From contig NIVC01000513.1 in NCBI GenBank assembly GCA_002269645.1, forward strand, positions 434,001-498,000: a DNA stretch of 64,000 nt, given 5' to 3'. The stretch is from Macrostomum lignano (taxonomy: Eukaryota). Shown one piece after another: positions 12,530 through 23,719 of the stretch (positions within the stretch are counted from its first letter, which is position 1; each line of letters starts with the position of its first letter). The position numbers were made by a program, and so were the translations under genes. The notes under the pieces were generated by a model. The model saw only the letters and a program-made list of their open reading frames with translations. It did not search any database and was not told where the DNA came from.

Positions 12530-12835
12530 ACCTGGGGCGCTAGGGACCAGACCTCCACGTGGTGCGCCCTGGGGGAGTCTATATTGTATTATATACAATA
12601 CACTCCGCGAACATGGTCCGAGATACGTTGCCAAGAACCCAGACCCAGACGGAAGTGCCCAGTGATGGACAACACCAGGAGGAAGACCGGCATCACGGAT
12701 ATGGGCGGCTTATGCGCCATGCCCGAGGAATGCCGGGCCCTTTGGAACGAGTTCCGAATACGGGCTAAAATGAAGAGAGAATAGGGCTGTGGTACGGCAA
12801 CGCCAACAACAACAACAACAACAGCAGCACCTGCA
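12530..12835 (+). repeat. Duplicated Maverick-associated segment of unknown coding status, near-identical to 36350-36650 on the minus strand
   Basis: Both locations share cagacctccacgtggtgcgccctgggggagtctatattg...gctaaaatgaagagagaatagggctgtggtacggcaacgccaacaac. Confidence 0.75.
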
Positions 12836-14198
12836 CAAACACCAGACGACCAGGACGACGAAAATCAACGCGATGGCGCCGACACCCAGTCCGAATCCAG
12901 CCTTGGCCGTCCAGGCTACTTGGTCGAGCTCACGGAACTGCTCCCGGCCGAGGACGAGATCTCCCATGTTGATCACTTCCTGAATACTTGCAAAAAACTA
13001 ACCTAAGAAACGCTAGGACTAGCCTATTACTTACCGGTTATATCTGAAAAGAACACTAGACTGACACTAACCTTGATCTCAGCAGCCAGCGATCCTTCTC
13101 CCTCTCTAAATTTTGACTTTAAATACGCCTTTTGGACCTCCAATTTCACTTCTCCTATTATCACCCCACCCCGCACAACAATGTACGCTTTATCGATTCG
13201 ATGCACGTACTTTTCATTCGCAATCCCCGCCACTTATTGTATTACCGCACTCTTGTTTGTTCAATCGCCGTTTCTCACCCCCCCCCCTCGCGCGCGTCTC
13301 TTCACACTTCGCGCAACCCCCCCCCTCCCCAGCCCCCGTTCCGTCTCGCCACTACAACTTTCATCAATGTTTCCACCCTCCATGCGTTACTTATCATAGT
13401 CACACTGCGTTCTCCAATTCTCTCTTGATTCAAGCTCTTCCTTTTGCCATCTTTTCTTCTCTCTTCCTTAATCTCCATCTTCCATTTTTATCGAAAATTT
13501 TTACAAAACACTCAAAAATGTATTACACTCCACCTTGCCCCTCCGTTTTGTTATCTTTTGACGATTTTCGAGAGATCTGAGACCTTCGCTCGTTGAAAAA
13601 GGGGCAATGAAATCTAGCCATTTCCACCGCATGCGTTTTAGCACAAAACTCCATCTATGCACTTTCATCTGCTGATTCGCTAAACGCAGGCTACCAATAG
13701 CAGCCTAACATCGCGCTGTATTTCAATGCACAAAAGTACGAAGCAGTCCTTAGACCTCTCTTGGAACTCCCATTGTACTTCTTACACTCTAGCCAGCCCA
13801 CAGACCCTTTATCCATTCCCTCTACTTCTGACTCATTGGCAAAATAATTAAAGACATTGATAGAAACCAAACCAATCAAATCTAAAGTTCACACCCGATC
13901 GACAAGCAATACAGGCATAGCCTCGAACACCAGATCAGCCGAGAGTACTGATAAGTATCGATATATTCCGTTTCTGACTGCTTCATACTTCGTACTTAAG
14001 AAGCTTACATCCTTTGTATTTACGTGAACTCCATCAGTGATTTAGATTGGAAATATACCATCTCAAGAGAAGGTTCAACACCGCAGGAAAACACAGTCCG
14101 ACTTGCCGCTCATTGTTTAATCTTAGAATACTCGGACGCAGATCCGACAGAGAGCTGAAACAACAATTAAAAGTATTACAAACCATTGCACAGGATGG

Positions 14199-15880
14199 GC
14201 CTTTCGGGGTTGACGTGCTCCCCCAACTGCTCGCGGTCCTGAACGCCCAGTCGCCCGGCCGGGATTTCGGCGTCGGCGTGTATAGCGCCGAGGAGGGCAA
14301 CACATGTGTGTACACCCTGCTTGGTAGCACAGTGCTCAATCTACACCTAATTGGCGAGCACTTCAACACGGTGTGCAAGGTGCCGCCATTTTTCGGTGCC
14401 CGCCGCTATTGTAACCGCTGCCAGCAACCGTATGATTGCATCTCTGCAGAGCACAAGTGCGCCAACACCTGCCCTCAATGCAAAGTGCCCGGCGCGAATT
14501 GCAAGAGCATGTGCGACTACAAGCGCTGCGCTGACTTTGGCCTCAAGTTCTCTGAGGCCAAAGCAGTGCTTTGAGAACCACCGCCGGAAAAACCGGGCCG
14601 GCAGGTCTCGCTGCAGCACCACCCGCGTCTGCCCCAAATGTGGATATGTAGAAGAATTCAGAGTCGGCCAGAAGGAGCCGGAGCACAAGTGCGGCCATGT
14701 CGAGTTCCCACTGTGTAAACAGTATGACGAGGCCGGCTCGCATTTGTGCTTCGTCAAGGCTCCCAAAGTGAAAGATTCGACTATGCCGTACGTGTTCTAC
14801 GATACGGAAAAGTACACGGATGAGGAGAAGCAGCATCACGTGCATCTGGTGACTGCCGTCACGTGTTGCGAGACCTGTTCCGGCCGGGCGTTTCCGCGCG
14901 AGACTTGCCGCCTCTGCAATGGCCTGCATAGCACAGCCAATTGTCTTACTGGCCGCGATCTGGGGGAGGAATTCTCCAATTGCGTCAGCCACTCAGACTG
15001 CGCCTGCCAAATGACAGACTTTGTGGCTGTGGGCCCGACCTCGCTGAATGCTTTTTTCGCCTGGCTAAGCACCACATTCCGAGGCGGCGCTATCGTTGTC
15101 GCGCATAATGCATCAGGCTACGATTCGTTTTTACTGCTTGGCGCTCTACTCAACGGCCTTGCCAAGAAGCGGCCCCAAGTGTTGTTCCAAGGCAGTCGGC
15201 TAATGTGCATGACGGTTGATAAATTGGTGTTTAAAGATTCGCTAAACTATATACCAATTCCGCTTGCGCAATTCCCCAAAGCTCTGGGGCTCGAGGACAC
15301 AAAGCTGGCCAAGGGGACCTTTCCCCACGAGTTCAACAAGCCTGCTAATTGGAACTACGTTGGCCCCTACCCGGCTATTGATTATTATGGCGGCAAGGCA
15401 AACAAGGATTACGGCTCCATCTGTGCTTGGCTGGCCTCGCGACAGGGCGAGTTGTTCAACTTTAATCGGGAATATCTCGATTATTGTTTGAGCGACACGG
15501 TGCTGCTTCGCGAGGGCTGCATCGAGTACAGGGCGATAATTGGCGACATTTGCGACGGCCTGGAACCGTTTGTACAGGCCAATACGATTGCCAGTTTGGC
15601 AATGGCCGTGTTTACCACCCGGTTCATGGAGCCCAACTCGGTCGGCGTGATTGCCCGGCAGACCGACCAGCAATCGTTCAAGGCGCGCAAGTGGCAGACT
15701 TATTTGAATGCCACCGAATTTGGCGGGCGGCTGCGCACCTGCGACTCGACTAACGGCGGCGAGGCGGTCATTCTCGGCCGCAAGATGGACGGCTTTGATG
15801 AGGCCACCAACACTGTCTTGCAGTTTCATGGTTGTTTCTACCATGGCTGCGAGCAGTGCATGCCCGATCAGGATTGGCTT
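14199..15880 (+). pseudogene. polB: pPolB N-terminal Cys-rich region, 3'-5' exonuclease and Vsr-like insertion; one frameshift near 14560; truncated before motif A
   Basis: ExoI YVFYDTE, ExoII VVAHNASGYDSFLL, FKDSLNYIPIPLAQFPKALGL...KGTFPHEFN, ExoIII YCLSDTVLL, TIASLAM and MDGFDEATNTVLQFHGCFYHGC. Confidence 0.92.
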
Positions 15881-16123
15881 GGACATGGTAAAAAAAATTG
15901 CAGATTTTACTATGAATGCATTTTACTTTTCATTTTGCAACTAAAAACTAATTGCTGATTCAAAATTTCAATGCATTATAGCGGAAAACTTTCCCCACCC
16001 ATTTCCTTTTTTTTCTAGCTAGCTGACTATTGTTTTGGCAACCACTCGGAGGAGCGGGCATATTTTGCTGCAAAAAAGGAGAGGGCTGAGTATGAGGCTG
16101 AGCTCCATGATGAGATAGCCGAA
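15880..16123 (+). pseudogene. Intron (15888-16018) and first part of exon 2 of the MNS/Cys-rich gene, interrupted by the TIR element; exon 2 resumes at 23526-23564
   Basis: LADYCFGNHSEERAYFAAKKERAEYEAELHDEIAE plus DLNRLFPGSGLC* is colinear with the intact exon 39527-39670 (LADYCFGSPTEERAYYTAVKERRVYEADLHYETAAELDSLFPGSGLC*). Confidence 0.8.
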
Positions 16124-16338
16124 ACTACGTATCGCGACAAAACTGCCGGGTTTTCAGAATTTTGGCGCAAAAAACGCAATTTAGTCTACTATCTGAAAAT
16201 GAAGTAAGTAGTATATGAAAACGCTATCCTAAGCGTGATAGACATGGCAATATGTACTCATATATGTACATTAATCCCATGTACTGCATTAATCCCTATC
16301 TATCTCAAATTGTACATTGTCCATGTCTATCCCCAATT
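16124..16338 (+). repeat. Left TIR
   Basis: Reverse complement of 23282-23519, with scattered mismatches and one indel. Confidence 0.85.
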
Positions 16339-16484
16339 TAGCTAATCTACAGCAGCGAGAAGGCCAAACTGCAGCAGCTGCCCACAATGCGTGTCGAGTG
16401 AAAATGATTAAGACAATTGCTAAAAAACTTTTGGGTGGGTTGTATGCTTTTGTGCGAATATATGTTTGTATAATAATAACTCTA

Positions 16485-16745
16485 CTGTGCTCTGGCTCCT
16501 TCTGGCCGACTTTCATTTCCTCCAAATATCTGCATTTGGGGCAGACGCGGGTGGAGCTACAGCGCGACCGCCCATCGCCCAATTTGGCCGCGACAAAATT
16601 AACTCTCAATTGGATAATTTTTACTTGTGGGACTTTGTGGGTTGTGTGTTTGCCTTGAGTTGAGATGGGCCTGCTCGCCCCACAAAGCTGAAATAGTCGC
16701 TTCCGCAGCTGGTCGTTTTGATGCCACTCTTCTGTGCAGGATGTT
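16485..16745 (-). pseudogene. Deleted remnants: a (M)ASKRPAAEATISALWG start plus a pPolB Cys-rich piece (GRSRCSSTRVCPKC...GQKEPEH)
   Basis: 16485-16590 is homologous to 14595-14690. 16680-16735 is homologous to the MASKRSAAEAAISALWG start at 36700-36745. Confidence 0.65.
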
Positions 16746-17074
16746 GATGCTGATTAAGTCTTAATTGTATAATTTTTACTTGTGGGAATTTGTTTCTGTG
16801 TTATATCAACTCTTATAATGTGAAAGTGAAAACCATCTTTTTGAATTGAATAAACCGGCACTGATAATAACATCTCTGAAATTAAAAAAATGGTTTTATT
16901 TCATTTGTTTTTAAAATTGAAATAACCTATACTCTGAAATTTTATTATTAAAACCGGCATAGCTCGCTGTTGAGTCAGACTAACTCGCTGGCTGGGGGGG
17001 GGGCTGGGTTGGGGTTTGGGCACGGACAGCAGACTGGCTTGCTTGCTTGGTTGCTTGCTTGCAGGCTGGCGGAG

Positions 17075-17113
17075 CCAATGGGAGGCCTCACAAAATCACT
17101 ACATGTATAAAAA
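17075..17113 (+). promoter_or_regulatory. CCAAT plus TATA promoter of the MNS-gene (also at 6164-6195 and 38699-38730)
   Basis: ggagccaat..tataaaa has similar spacing in three copies and lies about 60-75 bp upstream of a conserved ATG-AA(T/C)-AGC. Confidence 0.65.
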
Positions 17114-17462
17114 CGAAACCCCTGCAGCGCGACTGAAAATCTTTTCAATTTGAAAATTTGCGATCGAACATACACCAGCACACATGAATAGCGGCAACGG
17201 CAGCAGCAGCAGCAGCAGCAGCAGTTTAGAAGTGCCGACACAGTTTGTTGCGGCGGCGGTGGCGCTACGTTGCGGCCGATCTCCCTCAATCTTGTGGTAC
17301 GGGGTTGGGGGTGGTCGAGTAGGCCGGAACCCGCCTCGCTCCACTGCCTAACTAGTTTTAAACGCATCAACAACCATCAGGAACAATTCTGGCCTCGATA
17401 ACAACGGTGGTAACAACGGCAGCAACAGCAGCAACAGCAGTAGCGGCAGCAGCAGCACCACC

Positions 17463-18420
17463 ATGGAACCACCATGGATCAAGCTACGGCACGTGACGTT
17501 CGTTGACGAGGGAGGAAGGCCAGACACGGAGGAGGAATGCAGGAAGATGGAAGAGAGAAGGTTAAGAGCGGCTGGCGACGAAGCAGACATACTGATCTTC
17601 ACGGATGGTTCGGTTGACAAGGAAGGAAAAGGAGGCGGAAGCGTGGTGGTGTTGAGGTATGATAGCGGAGAGGAGATCGAGAAGCGTATGGTGGCCGGCG
17701 GACAGCTTGCGTCCTCGATGCAGGCGGAGCTGTACGCGTTGAAAGAGGCAATCGGGTGGCTGGAGGCTAACAACAACTTGCAAAAAGCTGTGGTTGCGAC
17801 AGACAGCAAGAGCGGGATTCAGGCCATTAAGAGGGCCAGCAGGAACCCGATTGTCTGCAGCATAAGGAAAGCGCTGAGCGAGATGGTAGGACGTGAGATG
17901 GTGTTGCTGTGGATACCGAGCCACTGTGGGATTGTTGGTAATGAAGTGGCGGACGAATGGGCTAACCGGGCGGTCCGGGAGGTGAGCAGCGAAGGAATTG
18001 GAGTCATGGCAAGCACGATGGCGAGGAGGCGGTGTAGAAAGAAGGTGTGGAGGCACGAGAGGATGAGGGAGACGTACGGTAGATCGGAGGGGCCATGGAA
18101 AGAGCCGGAATTCGCGAGCAGGAAGATGTAAGTCAGCTTTAAGCGGTGGCGCATGGGTCACTCTCTGGAGTTGGCGGCGTTTAGGCAGAGGATCGGGCTG
18201 CAGCAGGAAGGGAAGTGCAGGCATTGTGGCATGGAAGAGGAGACCATCGAACACGTGGTGGCCTGCCCGGTCCTAGACAGCTGCTGGAGGGGATGGAGGA
18301 GCGGGATCCTGAGCGAGGTCTGCACGAATGCGGAGGAAGCGCTGAAGGTGTGGGAGTGGTGGAAGAGGAAACCACCAGAAAGCTGCTAGACATCAGCAAC
18401 AACAACAACAACAACAGCAG
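17463..18420 (+). mobile_element. 5'-truncated RNase H-group (I/Ingi-like) non-LTR retrotransposon, 3' end only, with a (CAA)n tail
   Basis: RNase H motifs IFTDGSV, MQAELYAL, TDSKS and GNEVADEWA. They are followed by GHSLELAAFRQRIG..CRHC..EETIEHVVAC, a stop at 18389 and a caa/cag repeat tail. Confidence 0.85.
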
Positions 18421-18429
18421 CAGCAGCAA

Positions 18430-21400
18430 TGGCAGCAATGACGTGCCGGTCAGCTGGTTTGGCTCTGGGCAGGCGTCATGGATCAAGAAGGACAACATCA
18501 GACCCTTCAACAGGAGTACGGGGTGCAACGGGGCGATGTCTGCGAGGTTGCGCCAAGCGGTGAAGATGGCCACGGCCGCCTTGGACGGGAAGAAAGGCCG
18601 GACAGCAGGAGCTGCGGAAGTTAACATCGAAATACCGAGGTCTGACGAGGATGTGACAGCGAATAGGAGCGGCCTTGAGAGGCTCGGAGAAGAGCAAACC
18701 AGTACCATCAACTCGCCGGTGGGGAGGAGACTCACCGAAGTCGAGGACAGCCGGGAGAATCCGCCACCCAATCCCAAAACTAAAAAACCCGGCGGAACCC
18801 CGACGCTCGACCAAGTGGCCCCGCCCGGCAGGCCGAGCTATTGCGGCAAGTGCGATCGCAAGATTAGAGCCGGCCACAGCGGCACCCCGTGCGCACAATG
18901 TCACCGTGTCTTCCATCGCGCCTGCACGACCATCTCGCGCTGGAGACCTGCTGAAGGAGCTAGCTGGATATGCCAGCCCTGCGCCGCCAACAACAGAAGC
19001 AGAACAGCCGAAAACACCGGGGAGACAGAGCCACCCCAACGGCCCAGCCTAGCCCGGAACAGTTCGGAGAGACCGCTCACCGCTGCGAGGGCAGGCCGGT
19101 GTGCGGAATGCAAGAGATTCAGGAGGAGAGGACAAGGGGCTGAGTGCAAGAACTGCGGCAAGAAGGTTCACTGGTCCTGCTGCCACAGGACCTACACCCG
19201 GAGGCAGATCGAAGGTCTGAAACACCGGGGCTGGACATGCAACGAATGCGCCCACGAGGCCGCAGCCAAGCCGGAAGGCACAGCGCTCCCACCCCCACCA
19301 CCCGCCGCTGGCCAGGCACAGACAGCGGACGGACAACAGAGGCCGGCAGGGTGCAGCGGAGAGCCGAAGACCAGCAAGCTCACCATCATACAATGGAACT
19401 GTGACCACTTCAAGGCCAAGGAGCCGGAACTCAAAGAGCTCGTGAGGCAGCAAGATGCCGATATCATTATGCTGCAAGAGAGCAAGCTGAAGGCCGAGGA
19501 CGAGCTGCTAGCCTGGCCAGGCTACACGGTGCTACGTGCGGACCGCAACCGGCACAGACAACACCACAGCGCGAGAGGGGAGGCCTGGTGACCATCATCA
19601 GACACGGGCTGCGGTTCGAAAGGATACAGGCGCCAGTGACCAACTCGCAGCTAGAAATGCTAGGCGTCAGGCTATACTTTGAAGCAAACAGCGGGCAAGG
19701 CCTGGAACAACTGCTGCTGATCAACATCTACATCCCGCCCCAAGCCACCTGCAACATGGCAGCAGCCGAGCTGGCGCAAATCCCAGGCGGCGAGAACCTG
19801 CTCTTGGCCGGCGACTGGAACGCACACCATGAGCTGTGGGACAACAACTCCCCCAGAGACAGGCGAGGCGAGGAGCTCGCCGACTGGATGGACGAGCAGA
19901 TGTTAACGGCGCTGAACGATGGATCCACCACCCGAACCAGCTGGGACGGTGAACACAGGTCTTCGCCGGACGTGACCATAGTCCCGCAAGCGGAGCTAGA
20001 CCAGTGGGAATGGCGGACAGCAAACAGGCTAAGCTCCGACCACCTGCCGATCATCATCAGCCGCAGTTCATCGAGTCATCGACTTCCTCGAGTTCATCGA
20101 CGAGGAAGTCCAGCTCCTGACGGCGGAGAGAGACAACATTAGAATGAGTGAGGGTATCGAGTCTGAGGACTGGAAGCACCTGGACCGGCAGATCAAGCAG
20201 AAACAGCAGGAGAATAAGAGGGAAAGATGGAGAGACAAGCTGGACAGCAATGCGACGGCGGACAAGATGTGGTCGCTGCTGAAGCAACTGAACGGCGCGG
20301 CGCCCCCCAGAGCGGGGACCAGATCCTTGAGTACGAAGGCAAAATGTACAAGTCGAGCAGAGCCAAGGCCAACATCATTGCGAAAGTATACGCCAAGGTC
20401 AGCGCCACCACCGTTAGGGCCAGTCACAGATGGGCACGCAGAGAAATTAACGCCCGGCTGAGACAAAGCGCCGCTACCCCCACCACCGAGGACTGTCAAG
20501 CCATGACCATGGACGAACTGCTAGCAGCGCTGCAAAGCATGGACGCCAACAGAGCCGCCGGAATGGACGGACTGCACCCGAAGCTGCTGAAGGCGCTCCC
20601 CCGAGAAGCGCTCCCAGAGGTCCTGAAGCTGTTTAACCGGTTGTATGACTGCGGCTTCACGCCGCAGAACTGGCGCACGGCCCGCATCATGCCTCTACTT
20701 AAGAGCGGAAAGCCCGCTAAGGACATAGGATCCTACCGCCCGGTTAGCCTAACCTCCAGCTTAGGTAAGTGGATGGAACGGGTGCTTGCGAACCGAATCA
20801 AGCATGTTCTGGAGTCCACCGGCGGTCTCAGCGAAGCGCAAGCGGGGTTCAGAGGGGGCAGGTCCACGGAGGATCAACTGCTCCGGCTGTCCCAATCGAT
20901 TGACGACGCTTTCCAAGAGCGAAAACTAACGGTCCTGGCGCTGTTCGACTTTGCGCGCGCGTTCGACAAGGTCTGGCGCGACGGGCTGCTGATCAAACTG
21001 CTTAACGCTGGCATTGGCCCAAAAACGGTCAGATGGATACAGAGCTGGCTAGCGAACAGGCTGGCGTGCGTCCGGGTCGGCGACGTAAACAGCAAGCGGG
21101 AACTTTTCCAGCAAGGGCTGCCGCAGGGATCCGTGCTTTCACCGCTGCTCTTCATCGTCTTCATCGATGACCTTCTCAGGCAACTTGACGCTATCCCGGA
21201 CTTGACGGTGAGCGGCTATGCGGACGATCTAGCCACCTGGACCAGCAGCAGAAGAGTAGCGGAGGCCTTATCCACCCAGCAGAAGGCGGTCGACACACTG
21301 GAAGCTTGGAGCAAAGCATGGCTGCTACCGGTTGCCACGGGGAAATGCTCGCTCACCCTCTTCTCCAGCGACCCAGCGATGACCCCGCAGAGGGCCGGTG

Positions 21401-22996
21401 CCACGAACGTTGTGCTTCAAGGGCAGACGATGCAATGGGTTGAGCAGCCCAAGTTGCTCGGGCTTACGTTTGACAGACAGCTGAGGTTCACAGCGCACGC
21501 TGACAATGTGATCCACAGCTGCCGGAACCGCCTCAACCTAATGCGGCGCCTCGCGGGCAGCTCCTGGGGCTGGCAGGCCGAGCTGATCCGCAACACCTAC
21601 GTTGCCCTCATCCGGAGCAAGATGCTGTAGGGGGCCTGCGCCTGGATGCCGTGGCTCACTTGCGCGGCCTGGCGTAAGCTCGAAGTGGTGCAGCACAGCG
21701 CGGAGCGCATCATTACCGGCGCGGTCGCCACCACCCCGGTTGAGGCCCTACGCTGCGAAAGCGGGATGATGTCGATCCGGGAGCAGAGCGAGGTGATATG
21801 GAGCGCAAAACTGGACCGATGGCTCAGGCTCGAGCACAGCTCGCCAAGATACCGCCTCGGCACCCAGCAGACCCGGCAAAGGCTGAAGAGGCTGGGCTGG
21901 AGAGCCCAGGCCAGGAAGGGTCTCGCCAACACCGGTCTAGCCGAGTTGGCCAGGCTCGAGGACAGGTCGGACCTCCCCCCGTGGCAGAGTTGGAGAGATA
22001 ACATCAGCTTCCTCGTCTCCACCGACGATGCCAGGAAAGAGTCGCGCGCCGGAAACCTTGAGATGGCCCAAGCGAAGATCAACCAGGCCAGCCCAGACCC
22101 GGACATCACTATCTTCACGGACGGATCGGTGCGGAGGGAGGGCGGCGGCAGCGGTGCGGTCATCTATCGGAGCGGGCGTCTAACAGGAGAGCAGGTCGGA
22201 GATCAGATCAGCCTCCGGAGGGCAGCCGGGCAGCCAGCCTCCTCGCTGCAAGCCGAGCTCACCGCCCTAGAGCTAGCGGTGGAATGGCTCAGCGAGCAGC
22301 CGGCGTGGAGAACAGCGCTAATCGCATCCGACAGCAAGAGTGGGCTCCTCGTAGTGCAGGGCCGAGGCCGCAATCCGATCGCGACAAAGATCCGCCAGCT
22401 GCTCTCGAGGACCTGCCAGACCGGACGAGAGATTGCGCTCTGCTGGACGCCGGCCCACTGCGGTCTGGAAGGCAACGAGGCCGCGGACGAAGTGGCCGGT
22501 GGCGCGACGGCATTGCCGCAGGCGGAGGCCAGAGTGCTGGCGAGCGTTGTCCGCAGACGGCTGGCAGCCGTGGCGAAGGCAGCAAGCCAGAACAGCAGGC
22601 ACTGGTCGCACCGAAGATCGAAAGACACCTACGGCCACCTCGGTACGGCCAGGCACCCGGCCTACAAGAACAGGGCGGAGGCGGTTAGCTTTATTCGATT
22701 CCGCACGGGCCACTCGCTGGAGCTGAGGGCCTACTGCCGGCGGATAGGCAGAACCACCGACGCAATGTGCCCGGCGTGCGGGACCGAAGAAGAAACGGTC
22801 GAACAATCGAACATGTGAGCAGTCAGTGCCCGGCCACGGAGATCAGGCGAAGGCTGGACGGGCCCACGGAGCTGCACCACCTCAACGAGCATCCAGAGGA
22901 GGCGCTCCGGTACTGGGCCTGGTACCGTACCAAGTGGAAAGAGAACGATGCAAACTAGGATGTTCGCGCCTTCAGCGCAAACAACAACAACAACAA

Positions 22997-23010
<14 letters not shown>
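18430..23010 (+). mobile_element. Near-full-length RNase H-group (I/Ingi-like) LINE: 2xPHD, APE endonuclease, RT, RNase H, CCHC-like end; inactivated
   Basis: PHD CGKC..CAQCHRVFHRAC..WICQPC and a second PHD. APE QWNCDHF/LQESKL/AGDWNAHH/SSPDVT/SDHLPI. RT YRPVSLTS, QAGFR, FDFARAFDKV, LPQGSVLSPLLF, YADD. RNase H IFTDGSV/QAELTAL/SDSKS/GNEAAD. Frameshifts near 19585, 20070, 20330 and 22810, a stop at 21628 and a (CAA)n tail at 22980. Confidence 0.92.
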
Positions 23011-23028
<18 letters not shown>

Positions 23029-23281
23029 TTGACGACGACGATACCGATGACGACTTTCTAGGTTGGTGCGGCGGCAGCTATTGCGGCAACGAATGTTGCC
23101 AGCCTGGCAATGGCTGTGGGCTGTTGGGAGCCAGTCCCTGTGAATATGCCGCAGCCGCCGCCGCCACCGCCGCCGCAAATAATGTAGAGTCGGGCAGCAG
23201 TCTAAATCGGCAGCTGACATTTCTACTGTACATGTAGAAGTAGATTAACGTATATGTAGAAGTGTGTATAGTGTACATATA

Positions 23282-23519
23282 GAATTGGGGATAGACATGG
23301 ACAATGTACAATTTGGGATAGATAGGGATTAATGCAGTACATGGGATTAATGTACATATATGAGTACATGGATTAATGTACATATACGACCATATATTGC
23401 CATGTATATCACGTTTAGGATAGCGTTTTCATATACTACTTACTTCATTTTCAGATAGTAGTTTAATTTGCGTTTTTTGCAAACTCTGAAAACCCGGCAG
23501 TTTTGGCGCGATACGTAGT
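23282..23519 (-). repeat. Right TIR
   Basis: Ends ...CGCGATACGTAGT and is an inverted copy of 16124-16338. Confidence 0.85.
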
Positions 23520-23719
23520 GCCGAAGACTTGAACCGACTGTTCCCCGGCTCGGGGCTTTGTTAATATTGACAATTTAATGTTGTGTCTGCACGCATTTTT
23601 ATTTTCATGCACCTTGAACATATCTTGTTTTTATCAAGTGTTGTGTCTGCACTCAATTTAATTTCATGCACCTCGTAGTATATCCCAACTTGCTTATATT
23701 ATTAAAATGTTGTGTATGC

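Larger units (their letters stand above)
16124..23519. mobile_element. Non-autonomous Maverick-derived element (7.4 kb including nested LINEs) with ~215-240 bp TIRs and a 6-bp TSD (gccgaa)
   Basis: gccgaa (16118-16123) | ACTACGTATCGCG ... CGCGATACGTAGT | gccgaa (23520-23525). The TIRs 16124-16338 and 23282-23519 align in inverted orientation. Confidence 0.85.

Noticed and set aside
12341-12976. Product assignment for the overlapping ORFs here
   Set aside because: The two copies are too similar to identify the selected frame. The poly-Cys in 12710..12976 is the reverse strand of a CAA/CAG tract.
11810-13560. Possible further LTR-element fragments at 11810-12330 and 13020-13560
   Set aside because: Their composition resembles the LTR element, but no termini, PPT or coding motifs support a call.
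15888-16018. Apparent third pPolB intron after ..DWLGH
   Set aside because: The intron and following exon match the Cys-rich gene (39420-39670). The sequence near 15875 is a chimeric junction, so the ORF tail GKKNCRFYY.. is not polymerase.
16123-16135. CACTA-type interpretation of the TIR ends
   Set aside because: Only two of four ends would read CACTAC. The 6-bp TSD with ACTAC ends fits without a mismatch, although a 4-bp TSD with one terminal mismatch cannot be fully excluded.
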